DNA from: Chromera velia
Taxonomy: Eukaryota
Direction: 5' to 3'
NCBI GenBank assembly: GCA_018398765.1
Contig: JAHBMJ010000274.1
Coordinates: 1 to 51,323, forward strand
DNA: 51,323 nucleotides
In this document: one piece after another, positions 12,965 through 23,620 of the stretch
Position numbering within the stretch: the first letter of the stretch is position 1
Layout of the letters: each line of letters opens with the position of its first letter
Notes under the pieces: model-generated
The model's database searches: none
What the model saw: only the letters and a program-made list of their open reading frames with translations
What the model was told of the DNA's origin: nothing
Position numbers and translations under genes: made by a program

Positions 12965-13357
12965 CGCCTTCCTTCCGCAGAGATGAACAAAGCCGAGGAC
13001 TACTGCAGAGCAGTCTGGAAGAGTACGGTCCTACAGCAGACGCTGCCATCTGATCCTATCGCACTGTAAGGACGATTGATTAAATCAATCCATACAAGGA
13101 TCCGATATGCTCAATCTCACCTCACACTCTCAGACGTGTGGCACCTGCATGACCAGCTTAACCACTACCTTGTCGCGTGTTTATGCAGTAGGGAGTGGGA
13201 AGAGTGGGGAGAACACGACGATAGGGAGTCAGATAGATGGGGAGCTGGAGATAAAGAATCTCCTATGAATGTCAATGGAGGCCATGCAGATGCAAACGGC
13301 CCCCAGGATCATTTAGGACCGCCTCCTCAAGAGGAAAACATTCCTTGACCTAGCAGC

Positions 13358-13408
13358 TGGGTGAGAGATCTGACAGCAGACGGGGATGTCGAACCTAACC
13401 CAGGCTGG
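13358..13408 (+). other. 2A-like peptide 2 (WVRDLTADGDVEPNPG|W)
   Basis: In-frame GDVExNPG, resembling the iflavirus-type WxxDLTxDGDVESNPGP; the final Pro is replaced by Trp. Confidence 0.8.
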
Positions 13409-14008
13409 GATGAGGAGAATGATTCTCAGGGTGATAAAGCCCCGGGCAACGACGCCCCTGTTTCAACCCCGCTGTCTTTTCCAGAGCTAGCTCCATCCCT
13501 TACGCCTGCCTCCATGCCTCCCCTTGAGGCACCGTCAGAAGTCTCGGACCTGGGCCTCTCTGACATCCCATTAAATTCCTATGCTCCCTCCGAGGCCGCC
13601 TCAGTTCCGTCAGATGGCACACTCGCTTCTTTAGAAGATCTTGAGGGAATTGAGCTTAGGGATGGAATGTATGGAGGAGGAGGATATTGGGAAAGGAATG
13701 CTGTAAACGACTTCGAGCGGGCGAGAGGGTCCGCACGAGGTTACATCCGACAACTCTACGCCACCCTCTCTGTCATTCCTGCACTCTCTGACCTCGATCT
13801 CAGTGGCCCTGTGATCCTCGGCATCTTCTACCGATCTGGCTGGCACGACGGATCAAATGGTTTCTGGTCAGAGCAGTCGCTAACCTTCATCAACTACGCC
13901 GGTGCCCTCCAATTCCTCCCTAATCCCCTTCCTACCTCCTGGTTTGGTTTTAACCCCTTTTTTAAAAACGTTTCTCAACCAACCCACCCACCACCAATGG
14001 TAGGTGGT

Positions 14009-14056
14009 TGGATCAGAGATTTAACCGAAGAAGGAATTGAGCCGAACCCCGGACAT
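14009..14056 (+). other. 2A-like peptide 3 (WIRDLTEEGIEPNPG|H)
   Basis: In-frame paralog of peptide 1; the final Pro is replaced by His, followed by Pro. Confidence 0.8.
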
Positions 14057-17000
14057 CCAAAGAGGGATGGAAGAGCAGAAACATCAAGAAACAGGGGAAG
14101 TCAGTCATCTACTTCGAGGCCCATTCGCATCCAGCCTTCTCAGGCCCTTCGTGAAAGTAACCGCAACCTCCCCCCACTGCTCGGCCCCACACCTACGATT
14201 CCTTCTGTTCCTTTCTTTGAGGTCCCTTTTCATCAAGAAACCCAAGAGACGTCACAGGCACAAATGGAACCAATAGAGGGAGGCTTTCTTCCGAGTCCAG
14301 ACGCTATCTCAGCGTTCGGACCAGTCTCATCCCCGAGACCGACAGCAGCAGCAGATCTGCCTCCAAACCCGTTTGCCCCGCCTCTACCCCAACTGTCCAT
14401 CTTTTCACCTCCCCCAAACCGAATCCGTCTCTCACAATTGACCCCAAAAAGAACAGTTCAACTATCATCTCCTCCTCGGAGACCTGTAGAGCTGAGACCT
14501 GCAAGTGCTCAGCGATCAGGAAATTACTCAGTTCGGACTGACACTTAGACAAATACAGGTTCGTCCTCTTTCTCATCTTCTGCCGGTGCTGCTATCCTAA
14601 ACCAGAGTCAGCCTTTGTCCTCTATCAGAGGCCCAGGCCTAGTGCTCCGCCTCCACTTGTGTCTGATTATGCCCCCGGAGACCCCTTTTCCAATGATGGT
14701 CAATCAGGAAAAACGATACGGGTCTTACAGAGGACCCCGATAGAAGAACATCAGTTGAACTTCTCCTCCTCCTCGACATCCCGCCCCTTTGCACCTCCCC
14801 AACCCCTTGACCCCAAAGCTTCTTCTCAGTCGACCACATTAATGTTAGGACCAGCTGGGCAAATACAATCAGAAATACAGCCTGAGAATGGAGCGGTTAT
14901 TGGTTCTTTGAAGGAAGGCCGATCTGTCAGGCTCACTCGCAAGAGAGCCTTGCCAGCGAATGAACCTGCCAGTGGCACCGGCATGGAGGAACGTTGGCTC
15001 ATCAACATCCCCATATTGCTGAGAAGCCTTCAACGGATGTGCACTTCTGTGCTGCGACCCAAGGCGCAGGGAAAGTACCCCATACGCGTCCTCCTCGATG
15101 GTGCTACGGATAAGTGCAGGGTCGTTAGTGAGGCTACGCTGCAAATAGAACCGAAAAATGGTGCCATTGAAGTCCCAGATCCCCTCAAGAGAATCCCTCT
15201 CAGACAACTGAAACCGTACACCTTTAAAACGACCGATGGACAGCCCCCCACCTCGGTCCCCTCTGTGGTATGGAGGCGGGCGTTGCAAAAAAAGGGATAC
15301 CCCCAGTCCGCACCTTTGGCAGTCTACCCAACCAGCCACTGGCTGCCAAGTGTTAAAGACAGGGAGTTTGCGATTGTCCAACCTACAAAAGACAGCACAG
15401 GGGATTCGGAACAACTGATTGGTTTTTTCGGTGGAAAGAACAACCTTTTGCATCTGCTAGTAGGTCGGGGGGACCAGTATCTGTTCGATGTTGAGTGCGT
15501 GCTTGCCCCTACATAAGAAAATGAGGAGGCTCAAGCCATCATGACACGTCTCCTAAAAATATCTTTCTGCTCCCTCCCAAACAACCTCCTCAAATTCCTG
15601 CTTGAGGACGAAGGACCAAACGCTCCTGATCCTTCCCGACTGCCTTTCCACCCACCTGACAAGAGCTAAATCTTTAGTCGTGTTCACCTCTTCCATCTAG
15701 AGAGGTTTGATGAATACCATTCAGCAGCGAGAGAGGAGATGCGTGAGCGAGGAGACACGAACCCAAATGAGGATCAAACGAAAAGGATGGCTGATAAGGC
15801 ACTTGACAGTGTCTTGCCTGAGCGCCTTCGCATACCTTGCAGCGCTCGCAGCCTCATCGATGAAAACCACAGACTGCAGGCTTTTCTCTACATCGATTAC
15901 AATCTATCCAACCCTGTCATTACTCCTCCGAGTGGTCTAGTGAGATGGAAAGGCATTGACCCCCGTCCCACAGCCCACGTCATCCTGAAAAAGCTGGACA
16001 GACCTGAATTTTTCAGGTTGTGGAAAGCCACTCGAAAGTCTGGTGCTAAGATTCCGGAGAAGTGGGAGGATCTTTTCATCTCTGAAGAAAAGCATATGCG
16101 GGAGCCCCACAACTCTATCCTGGCTCTGCGACACGACACTTTCAAACCCCTGTTGAACCCAATGTACGCGAGTGCCGATGCATACGACATTTGTGAGGTT
16201 CAACAGTTAGACCCTCGAGCATGCCTCGGACACAACTCGTACAACTGCTTTACCAGCAGTGGACTGACCTCCTGCTGCGGACACCGGCCTGGACTCCAGT
16301 ATAGTTGGAAGGATGGTACGTTTTTCCTCTGCATCTGTGAACTAGACCCCACATGCACCTCCTGCTCATGTCCAGGAGGGGTAAAGTTCAGAGAAATTCG
16401 GGATGAGCCCCTTCACGGGGAACTAAGCCCTTGCTTGAATGGTTCGTGAGGAAGCGTTTCGAGCTTGAGCCAAATGAATGGGACAAGCTTCCGTTCTCTC
16501 TAGCCACCGTGTTTTGACAGATCTTTGTCCATGTTTTTTTTGTCGCACAGAATCCAACGGAGGCACAGCAAGAGGACCGCCCTCCCAATCTAGGGTCAAA
16601 GCTCTACAAAGCGTCTTTACTGAGGGTCGAACTCCCAGCCCAGCGGTGGCACGGAGTTGAAAAGGCAGAGCCATCTCTGTCTTTGACCAAGAATCAAAAG
16701 CACAAAATAGCAGTAAGGCAGAGGTTGACCGAGCCCTTTATCAGAGACCTCAGTCCTTCGATCAGGCTGTCTCTGAGCGACCTGCATGTTCCGACTGGGG
16801 TTCACCCTGACGATGTTCGGGCCGCGGCCCCTCCTCGCCCAGGGGTAGCCGACACCAGATTGCAGTCGGTCCCAGAAGAGCCCGCTGTTCCTTCCAACTT
16901 CAAAGAGGAATCGGAAATAGGCCATAATTTCCTCCTTCTTGAGGCCCTCTATCAAGGAAAATGGGAGAGGCTCATGGAAGGGCAGACGGCGTTGACATAC

Positions 17001-17704
17001 TGGCAATCGACTGGCAGTCAAGTTCCGTCTGCCCGGGCTCTGATTGATTTGATCTGGAAGTCGATCTTGCCAGACAGACTGAACACATTCATTTTGATTC
17101 ACCCTCTTGTCTTCCTGCTCGATCTGCTAACAGACAGTAACGGACACCCTCCAGCTTTTCTCATCCCCATATGGCTCAGGCACACACCCAGTGAGCCTAG
17201 GGCGAAAGCATCCACCCTGCTCCCAAACTGGGTGGTCTTGATGAGGATTTGGGGGTCCGCTGTTTTTTTCTCTCTGGAAAAGCAAGCCCAGTCCAGGCTG
17301 GGAAAGGGTGGTCAGATTGATCAAGCGTCCGACGGCCTTCCCCTCCCTCAACCGTGCGAGAAAAGCTTTTATGCCTGGCTTCTTTATGAAGTTACTCAAA
17401 AGCCCAGGCAGGCTGTGCCTCCTTCCTCTTCTTCATCTACGGGTCTCTCCCTCCACCGCCCCCGCCCTCCACGTCTGACGCTACCAGCACCCTTACCCGC
17501 AGAGGAAGCGCCCTCCCGTTTATCGGCTGCGCCAAGCACGCCGCGTTCCCAATTTCTGGATCAGTGTCTGCAATCCTTCCCCCCCCAAGAAAGAAACACC
17601 ACGAGAAAGAGGCTGAGAATCCGTGATAAGCGACGATTTTCCCCTGTCTCCAGAGAGTTTGCGATCGATATCATGCGCTCCACAACCCGACGGCACGTCG
17701 GGCC

Positions 17705-18040
17705 TAGCAGATCTGGATCCACGTGGCAGCGGATACTGCCAGTTCCATTGACATCATGAGTGTCGATGAAGGTATCCCCCTCCAACTGATCTTTAACAGG
17801 GACGGGGAGCTCCACCCAAACCCCGCTTTCTTTGCGAGAGGGGAGTTTTCGAATGAAAAACAGATGATTCAAGGAGGGGGCGCTCAATTCCCTTCACTGA
17901 GCCGCGGTCTTATCCGAATTCGGATGGATGACACTCGACCACAGACTCTGCGCTCATCTGGGAAGACCCTAGTCCACTTTGCCAAATTTGGTTTCCGAAA
18001 CCACTTCCTCATTTTTGGTCTCAGTTGGCTCCGACGTTGC
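17705..18040 (+). pseudogene. Aspartic protease (retropepsin-like)
   Basis: IHVAADTASSIDIMS is a D-T-G/A-type active site, and the downstream FLIFGLSWLRR fits the hhGxxWL motif. Confidence 0.65.
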
Positions 18041-18660
18041 TCCTTCACTTGGAGAGAATTGGAACCCTACAGGGATGGAACCCGACATATCGAGATCCCC
18101 CATAGAAAAAACCTTCAGGGAATTGAGACGGGATGGAGCCGCTGGCTTCTTCCCGTCGATATCGATCTGATTCACACTCGGGTCACGTTTCTCCGGATCG
18201 ATGAACCCCCCCCTGACACCTACCTTTTCCACCCCGATACCCCCCTTTTTCACCCATCCGTCTCCTTTGTACACCGTCAAAGAAGCCCGAGGGAACGTAT
18301 GACGGATGGGACGGGTGGCAGGGCTCGAGCCCGCCCGGCAGCCTTCTCCCCCGACCCGACTCAAAAGGAACCCAGTCTCCCCGACGGAACCCTCAGTCCC
18401 CTGTCCCTCGTGGGGGACCGTGACGAGAGACCCATTTGGGCAAGGAGGACGTCCTCACCAGACGCCCCCCTCAGCAGAACGAGACCAGCAGCCAGCTTCT
18501 CTCCCCCAGTGTTCTCCAGAAGCCCATTGAAAAATTTTGTCGGAGGAGAGTCGTCGGGAGGAAAGCACTCTGGGCATGCAAGAGGAAGAGCAGTATGTGG
18601 ACGAGGACCAACCCAAAATCAACCCGTATCAGCAATGGGAGACGGAGTAGGATGCAGTGG

Positions 18661-18840
18661 AGATGTAATTGATGGAGCAGCAGGAGGAAGCTCCCCCGCC
18701 TGCCCCCGAATCTGCAGAGCCGATGCAGTTGGTGGAGCAGTAGGAGGAAGCTCCCCCGCCTGCCCCTGAATCTGCAGAATCGATGTAGTTGGTGGAGCAG
18801 CAGGAGGAAGCTCAACCGACTGCCCTCGAACTTGCAGAGT
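18661..18840 (+). repeat. 3 x 60-bp tandem repeat inside the polyprotein
   Basis: Three aligned units (GATGCAGTTGGTGGAGCAGCAGGAGGAAGCTCCCCCGCC...), probably encoding MQLVEQQEEAPPPAPESAEP. Confidence 0.9.
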
Positions 18841-19819
18841 CGATACCGATAGATGAACATCTAGAGAGCGAGGAGGAATTGGTCGATTATGACCTTTGAA
18901 TGAAACGGAAACAAGTCAACAGAATGTTTTTATTTCTCTCACTTCCTTGTCTATGCTTCCACCTCCTGCATTGAATAATCTTCCCTCTTATCCCCTCCCC
19001 CCTCGACACTCTTCCCCCTCCCGTCCCTTCTCTTTTCCTCTTGCTAATATGCAAGTCCCAAAGCAGTCAAAGATTTTGCCTCCAAAAAAACGACTGCGCT
19101 CTCCTTCTAAGAGCAAGAAGTCAAGAAGGAAAGAGCGAGGCCGTGAGAGAAAGGAAAAGTTCGATTGGGAGGTCGGACAGCGTTGTCACTCGCAGTCTCG
19201 CTCAAAGCGACGTTCCTTTAATCAAAGAAAGAGCAACTGAAAGAAACAATCGGACTCTATTCATGCTTCAATGTTCTTTACTTCTTTTGTTGTGTCTCAA
19301 ATGTTTACTCCTCCCTCCACCTCTACTCCCCCTCCTCCCTTTTTTCTTTACGCTGGTGCTGGTAATTCTGACTCTCCCTTCGACGAAGTTTCTTTCCTTT
19401 GTAACCCTCTTCCTCCTCAACTCACGCAAATCTATTCAGATCATTTTTCACCTGCAGTTTTTTCTGACTCAGTTGAGAAAGGAGGCCTTTTCTGTCTCTT
19501 TGGATCTCTTGCTTCAGAAGAGAACAGACTGACAGCAGAGAACCTCTAACGAACGTCTTTGTCTTCTTCTTCTCTTCCCCTCTCCTCTTCTATGCACGAA
19601 CTTTTTTCTTTTAAAAGAAAGGCCACTGACCATTTTTCATGTTGTTCTTCCTCAGCTGCTGTACGGGAGGAAGACGATGATTGGGATAAGATCTCATCTG
19701 CAGAGTACATATATGCATCTTCAGTTTGTCTTTCTAAAAATTCCGATTCATCTGACTGCATCTTTGCCAACGTGCCCGACAACAAGCGTCCTAATAAGGT
19801 GAAAGTCAGTGCAGAATAT

Positions 19820-20700
19820 GCATGTGAGTACCTGCAGTATGTACATTAGGAAGTGGGGCATATTGGTAGAAAGGCTTTCTACACTTTCGTCTCTCCGTAT
19901 CTTGCCGTGAGAGGCCTGAGAAAAATGTGTGAAGAACTAAGAGCAGAGTGCAACACTTGCCTGCAAGTCCACGGTCTCCTAAGGCGCCTTCATGGACAGA
20001 GAGGCTCTCATCTGAGAATTTGTGCCCCCCTGCAGCAGATAGCGGTGGACACAATTTTTCTGTATGGTCAACCTATCTTGACGGTCATGTGTGAAGCGAC
20101 AAGTTTCCTCATGGCCATCCCACTGAAAAACACGAAGGCAGAGACTGCATGGAAAGCTTTTGAAGAAGGATGGTTGAGACCTTTTGGCTGTCCTCTCTCT
20201 TTTCGTGGGTTTGTAAAAACGGACAATAGGAGTGAATTCAAGGCCGTTTTCTCCTCTATGCTGGAGGACTTAGGAGTTAGACAGTTATGGACCCCCCTCG
20301 GTCTACCTCGGGCCAATGGGCTGCTCAAACATCGGCATGACGATTTGAAACGTCTTGTCGAAGCAGCTCTTTTAGACAGAGGCCTAGAAAAACGGCACTT
20401 CCGTCAAGTTTTTCCTTGCTGTGTGTCTCAACTTAACCTCTTTCCCTCTGTCAACTCTGATAAAAGATTTCTGTATGAACGTCTTACATCTCAACGTCTT
20501 CTCCCCCCCTCTCTTGAATGCATGCTTGCTGAAGTTCATAAGAAAAGTCCGACAGCACTCTCTCCCCTGAACTTGACTGTCAGAGAAAGAGTGTATTGGA
20601 AGAACCCTCGAAAGACCTACCGCTCGCTGGACATCAAGTGGCGGCTCTTTGAAGTATCCTCTCTCGTCCCTCACTCCCGCTTCCTCGTCTATTTGACTCC
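19820..20700 (+). pseudogene. Integrase (HHCC + DDE core + SH3-like tail)
   Basis: VH*EVGHIG...CNTC; IAVD; KTDNRSEF; TPLGLPRANGLLKHRH, where the catalytic E appears mutated to K. Confidence 0.92.
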
Positions 20701-22109
20701 CATCTCTAAGTCTGGAGAGAGACTGCAGAGTAAGGAGTATCTTGCCCACTCTTCTTGTTTTGTTCGTGCACCTTCTCACCCCCTCGCTTCTTTCTCCCGC
20801 CCTGCCCCAACTGATCGCCAGTCGCAGTCTGAGAGACCCCCTGAGACTAGAAGGGATCTCTTTATAGAGGTACCAAGTGATGACAGACTACAAGAACCAG
20901 CTCGGTCTGCAAGCGATCAATCAAAAAAGAAATCTTCCTCTTCTTTCTCTTTTTCTTCCATTCCTTTTGCAGAAAGCATGGAGTTCAAAAGTCAAAAAGA
21001 CTCGTTTCCCATTGGGTTGGCCTCGGCCGGCCCTCTCCCAATCAATGAAAGAGAGGCACAGTCTTCAAAGGATTCTCGCTCACTTCCAGATGGAAGACAG
21101 ACCGATGAAGTCAGAGCGGGAAAGAAATCTGTATCTCAGTCTGCTCATTCTTGCTCTTCTTCTTCTCATTCTTTTCCACGTATTCTTGAAGGAGAACCTA
21201 TTTTTTTGTTTTCTGAGCCTGTCCTCCCTCAACCTCCCTCTTCCCAAAGACAACCCAAGTCAGAAAAAGACACTGAACGCCAGAGTTTACTGACCCCTTC
21301 TCCTTCAGATGGAGAGACGTGGCGTTTCACAGTCTAGAGAAACCCAGAGCTGTTGAAGAAGTGTCCATTGATCTTCTGGAAGGATAAAGAGCTGCAGAAA
21401 GGCATAGTTGGAAGGAAGGTTGGGATATTGACAGATGGATTTCTTCTTGTACATGTATGGGGGTCCTATTCACAAGGACAACTGACAGTGTGTGAAAGAG
21501 TCCTTGCCCCACAGTTTCATCATCCCAACAACACTATCTGTTCCACCCTGACTCCTTCACTCACTTGCTTTCCTCACATCCAAAAGGTGTCGCCTTCTTG
21601 TCTGAGAGAATCAGAACTTTTCCTTTCTTTTTCTCGTTGCCTGCTTCCTGATGCATGTGCAAAAATCGCAAAGCACCTTGACTCAGCCTCAATCTCTCGT
21701 CTTGGACTCAATCAGAGCAAGACAGCAGACGCGATCAAAAAGACGGAGGACTGGTTGAGAGAAGCACTCAAACTGTCCCCCGATCTTATACTTCAGGAGA
21801 TAGAAACAGCGTCTACTGACATTCTATCAGACAGCGAAGAAGATAAATCGAATCAGCTGATAGAAAGTGCTTTCTTTTGTCTTGATGGTCTAACTGACCC
21901 TTGACAGTTCCCAATTCCTTTTTACTCTTCTAATGTCCCCAGTCCCTCTCTCCCTGATCTATCCGTCTCGTCTTCGTCTTCTTCTTTTTCTTTTTCTTTG
22001 TCTTCCTCCCTGTCCTCTTCAGCAGCTGCAAAAGGAGAGAAACAGGCTCATTGTTTTGCTGCAGGAGCAACGCATCAAAAATTCTCAGTACGTCGCCTCT
22101 CTCCAGATC

Positions 22110-23070
22110 AGGTGACAGACTTTAAGGCAGCCAGGCAGAAGGAGTTAGACAAATTTGAACGTTTTCGTGTATTTAAGGCAGTTCCAGTTCAGTCGGTTCC
22201 CAAGGGTTCAGTCGTCTTGCCTACACTGTGGGTAGAGACCTTGAAACTGAATGACGAGGGTGAAAGGGAATTCAAGTCGAGATGGGTGATTCGGGGAGAT
22301 CAGGACCCGCGAAAAGGTCTCGAGGTGGCAACTGACCTATGTCCGCCCAAGAATATTTGCTTGATGCTACTTGCAGCACTCAGTAGCGCAGGTTTCGACC
22401 CGTCTTTCATCAGCACTGTAGACGTAGACAATGCATTTCTGCAAGCACCAATGAATGACATGATGTATGTACTCCCTCTGAAAGAACATCCTGACTATGG
22501 CAAAAAGCTCTGGCTGTTGCAGCAACGTATGTATGGACTCTCTGAAAGCCCCCTTCTTTTTCAAAAATTTCTTGAATCAAAACTTCTCAAACATGGATGG
22601 GTGAAATCTCCCCTCTGGGGAATTTGGTGGAAACTGTCAACTGACGGGGAAGTGGTTGCATTGATGTCTCTCTATGTCGACGATGTCTATGTTGCCAGCC
22701 TCAGTGGCCCAGCAGAGAGCCATCTGCAAGAAATTATAAGAAGTTGAATGTAAGCAGATCAGATCACTGCAGAGGTATATTGGAGTGTTCTATGAGGTTA
22801 CAAAGGATGAGATCTAGTGCTCACAGGAGTCTTATACAGCTAGTCTGAATGACAGAGGTGTCAGACCCCTAGTCAATCCCATCCCCGATGCAGCAAAAAA
22901 GCAAGCAGACACTTCTCCCCCCCTGAACAAGAAAGAGACAAAAGCTTTCCAACAGAGTCTGGGTGAGCTTTCTTACCTGGCCTCTTTTACGCGTCCTGAT
23001 TTGGCGTACGGCACAAGTCACATGACACAGTGGAATGCCGTTCCAACCGTAAATGCTTTTCGATGGCTCC
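22110..23070 (+). pseudogene. Copia-type reverse transcriptase (RVT_2)
   Basis: FKSRWVIRGDQ, VDVDNAFLQA, MYGLSESP and YVDD (22673-22684); after a frameshift, RYIG...SQESY...GELSYLASFTRPDLAY. Confidence 0.96.
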
Positions 23071-23139
23071 AGCGACTTGTTTCCTGGGCTCGTGCATACT
23101 CCCTCCATGGAGTGGCAGTTCCTCGCTCTCCCAGAGCAG

Positions 23140-23620
23140 AGCCCCTGCATGTTAAATTACATACTGATGCATCTTTTGGCACCCCAGCCCATCCCGAGCC
23201 TCAAATCGGGTAGGTACTCACCGTCTGTGGATGTCCCCTTGCCTGGAAGTCCATCAAACCGAAGAAGGTAGCAAAATCCACAACGGATGCAGAATTCATT
23301 GCCGCAGAGAACGGGGTCGAACTTCTCTCCTCTCTCCTCCCTTTCTTTGAGAAGCTTTGGCCGAAAGTACACAGAACGCTTTGGTCTGACAGTCACGATC
23401 TCGTGTCCCTGGTCGGTCAACCCGTCTATTCTGGTGCGAGGGCAACAGTTACTCAACAGTCTCTTGCCACTGAAATCGACGACCTGCGAGAGAGAGAAGC
23501 AGTAGAGACGTCTCTAGTCAGCATATTGCAGAAAGCAGTGCACCAGGATGTTCAAGAGAAGTTTATTGCCCTTGAGCATATTTCAACTGTCCGGAACGTT
23601 GCTGACCCTCTCACAAAGGG
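23140..23620 (+). pseudogene. Copia-type RNase H
   Basis: HTDASF, AWKS..KKVAKSTTDAEFIA, WSDS and HISTVRNVADPLTK. Confidence 0.93.

Noticed and set aside
17801..17827. Possible fourth 2A motif, DGELHPNPA
   Set aside because: It lacks ExNPG and the WxxDLT leader, and it lies inside the predicted protease domain.
14550..22750. Programmed ribosomal frameshifts at the frame changes
   Set aside because: They cannot be told apart from decay indels in a single degenerate copy, and one falls inside RT.
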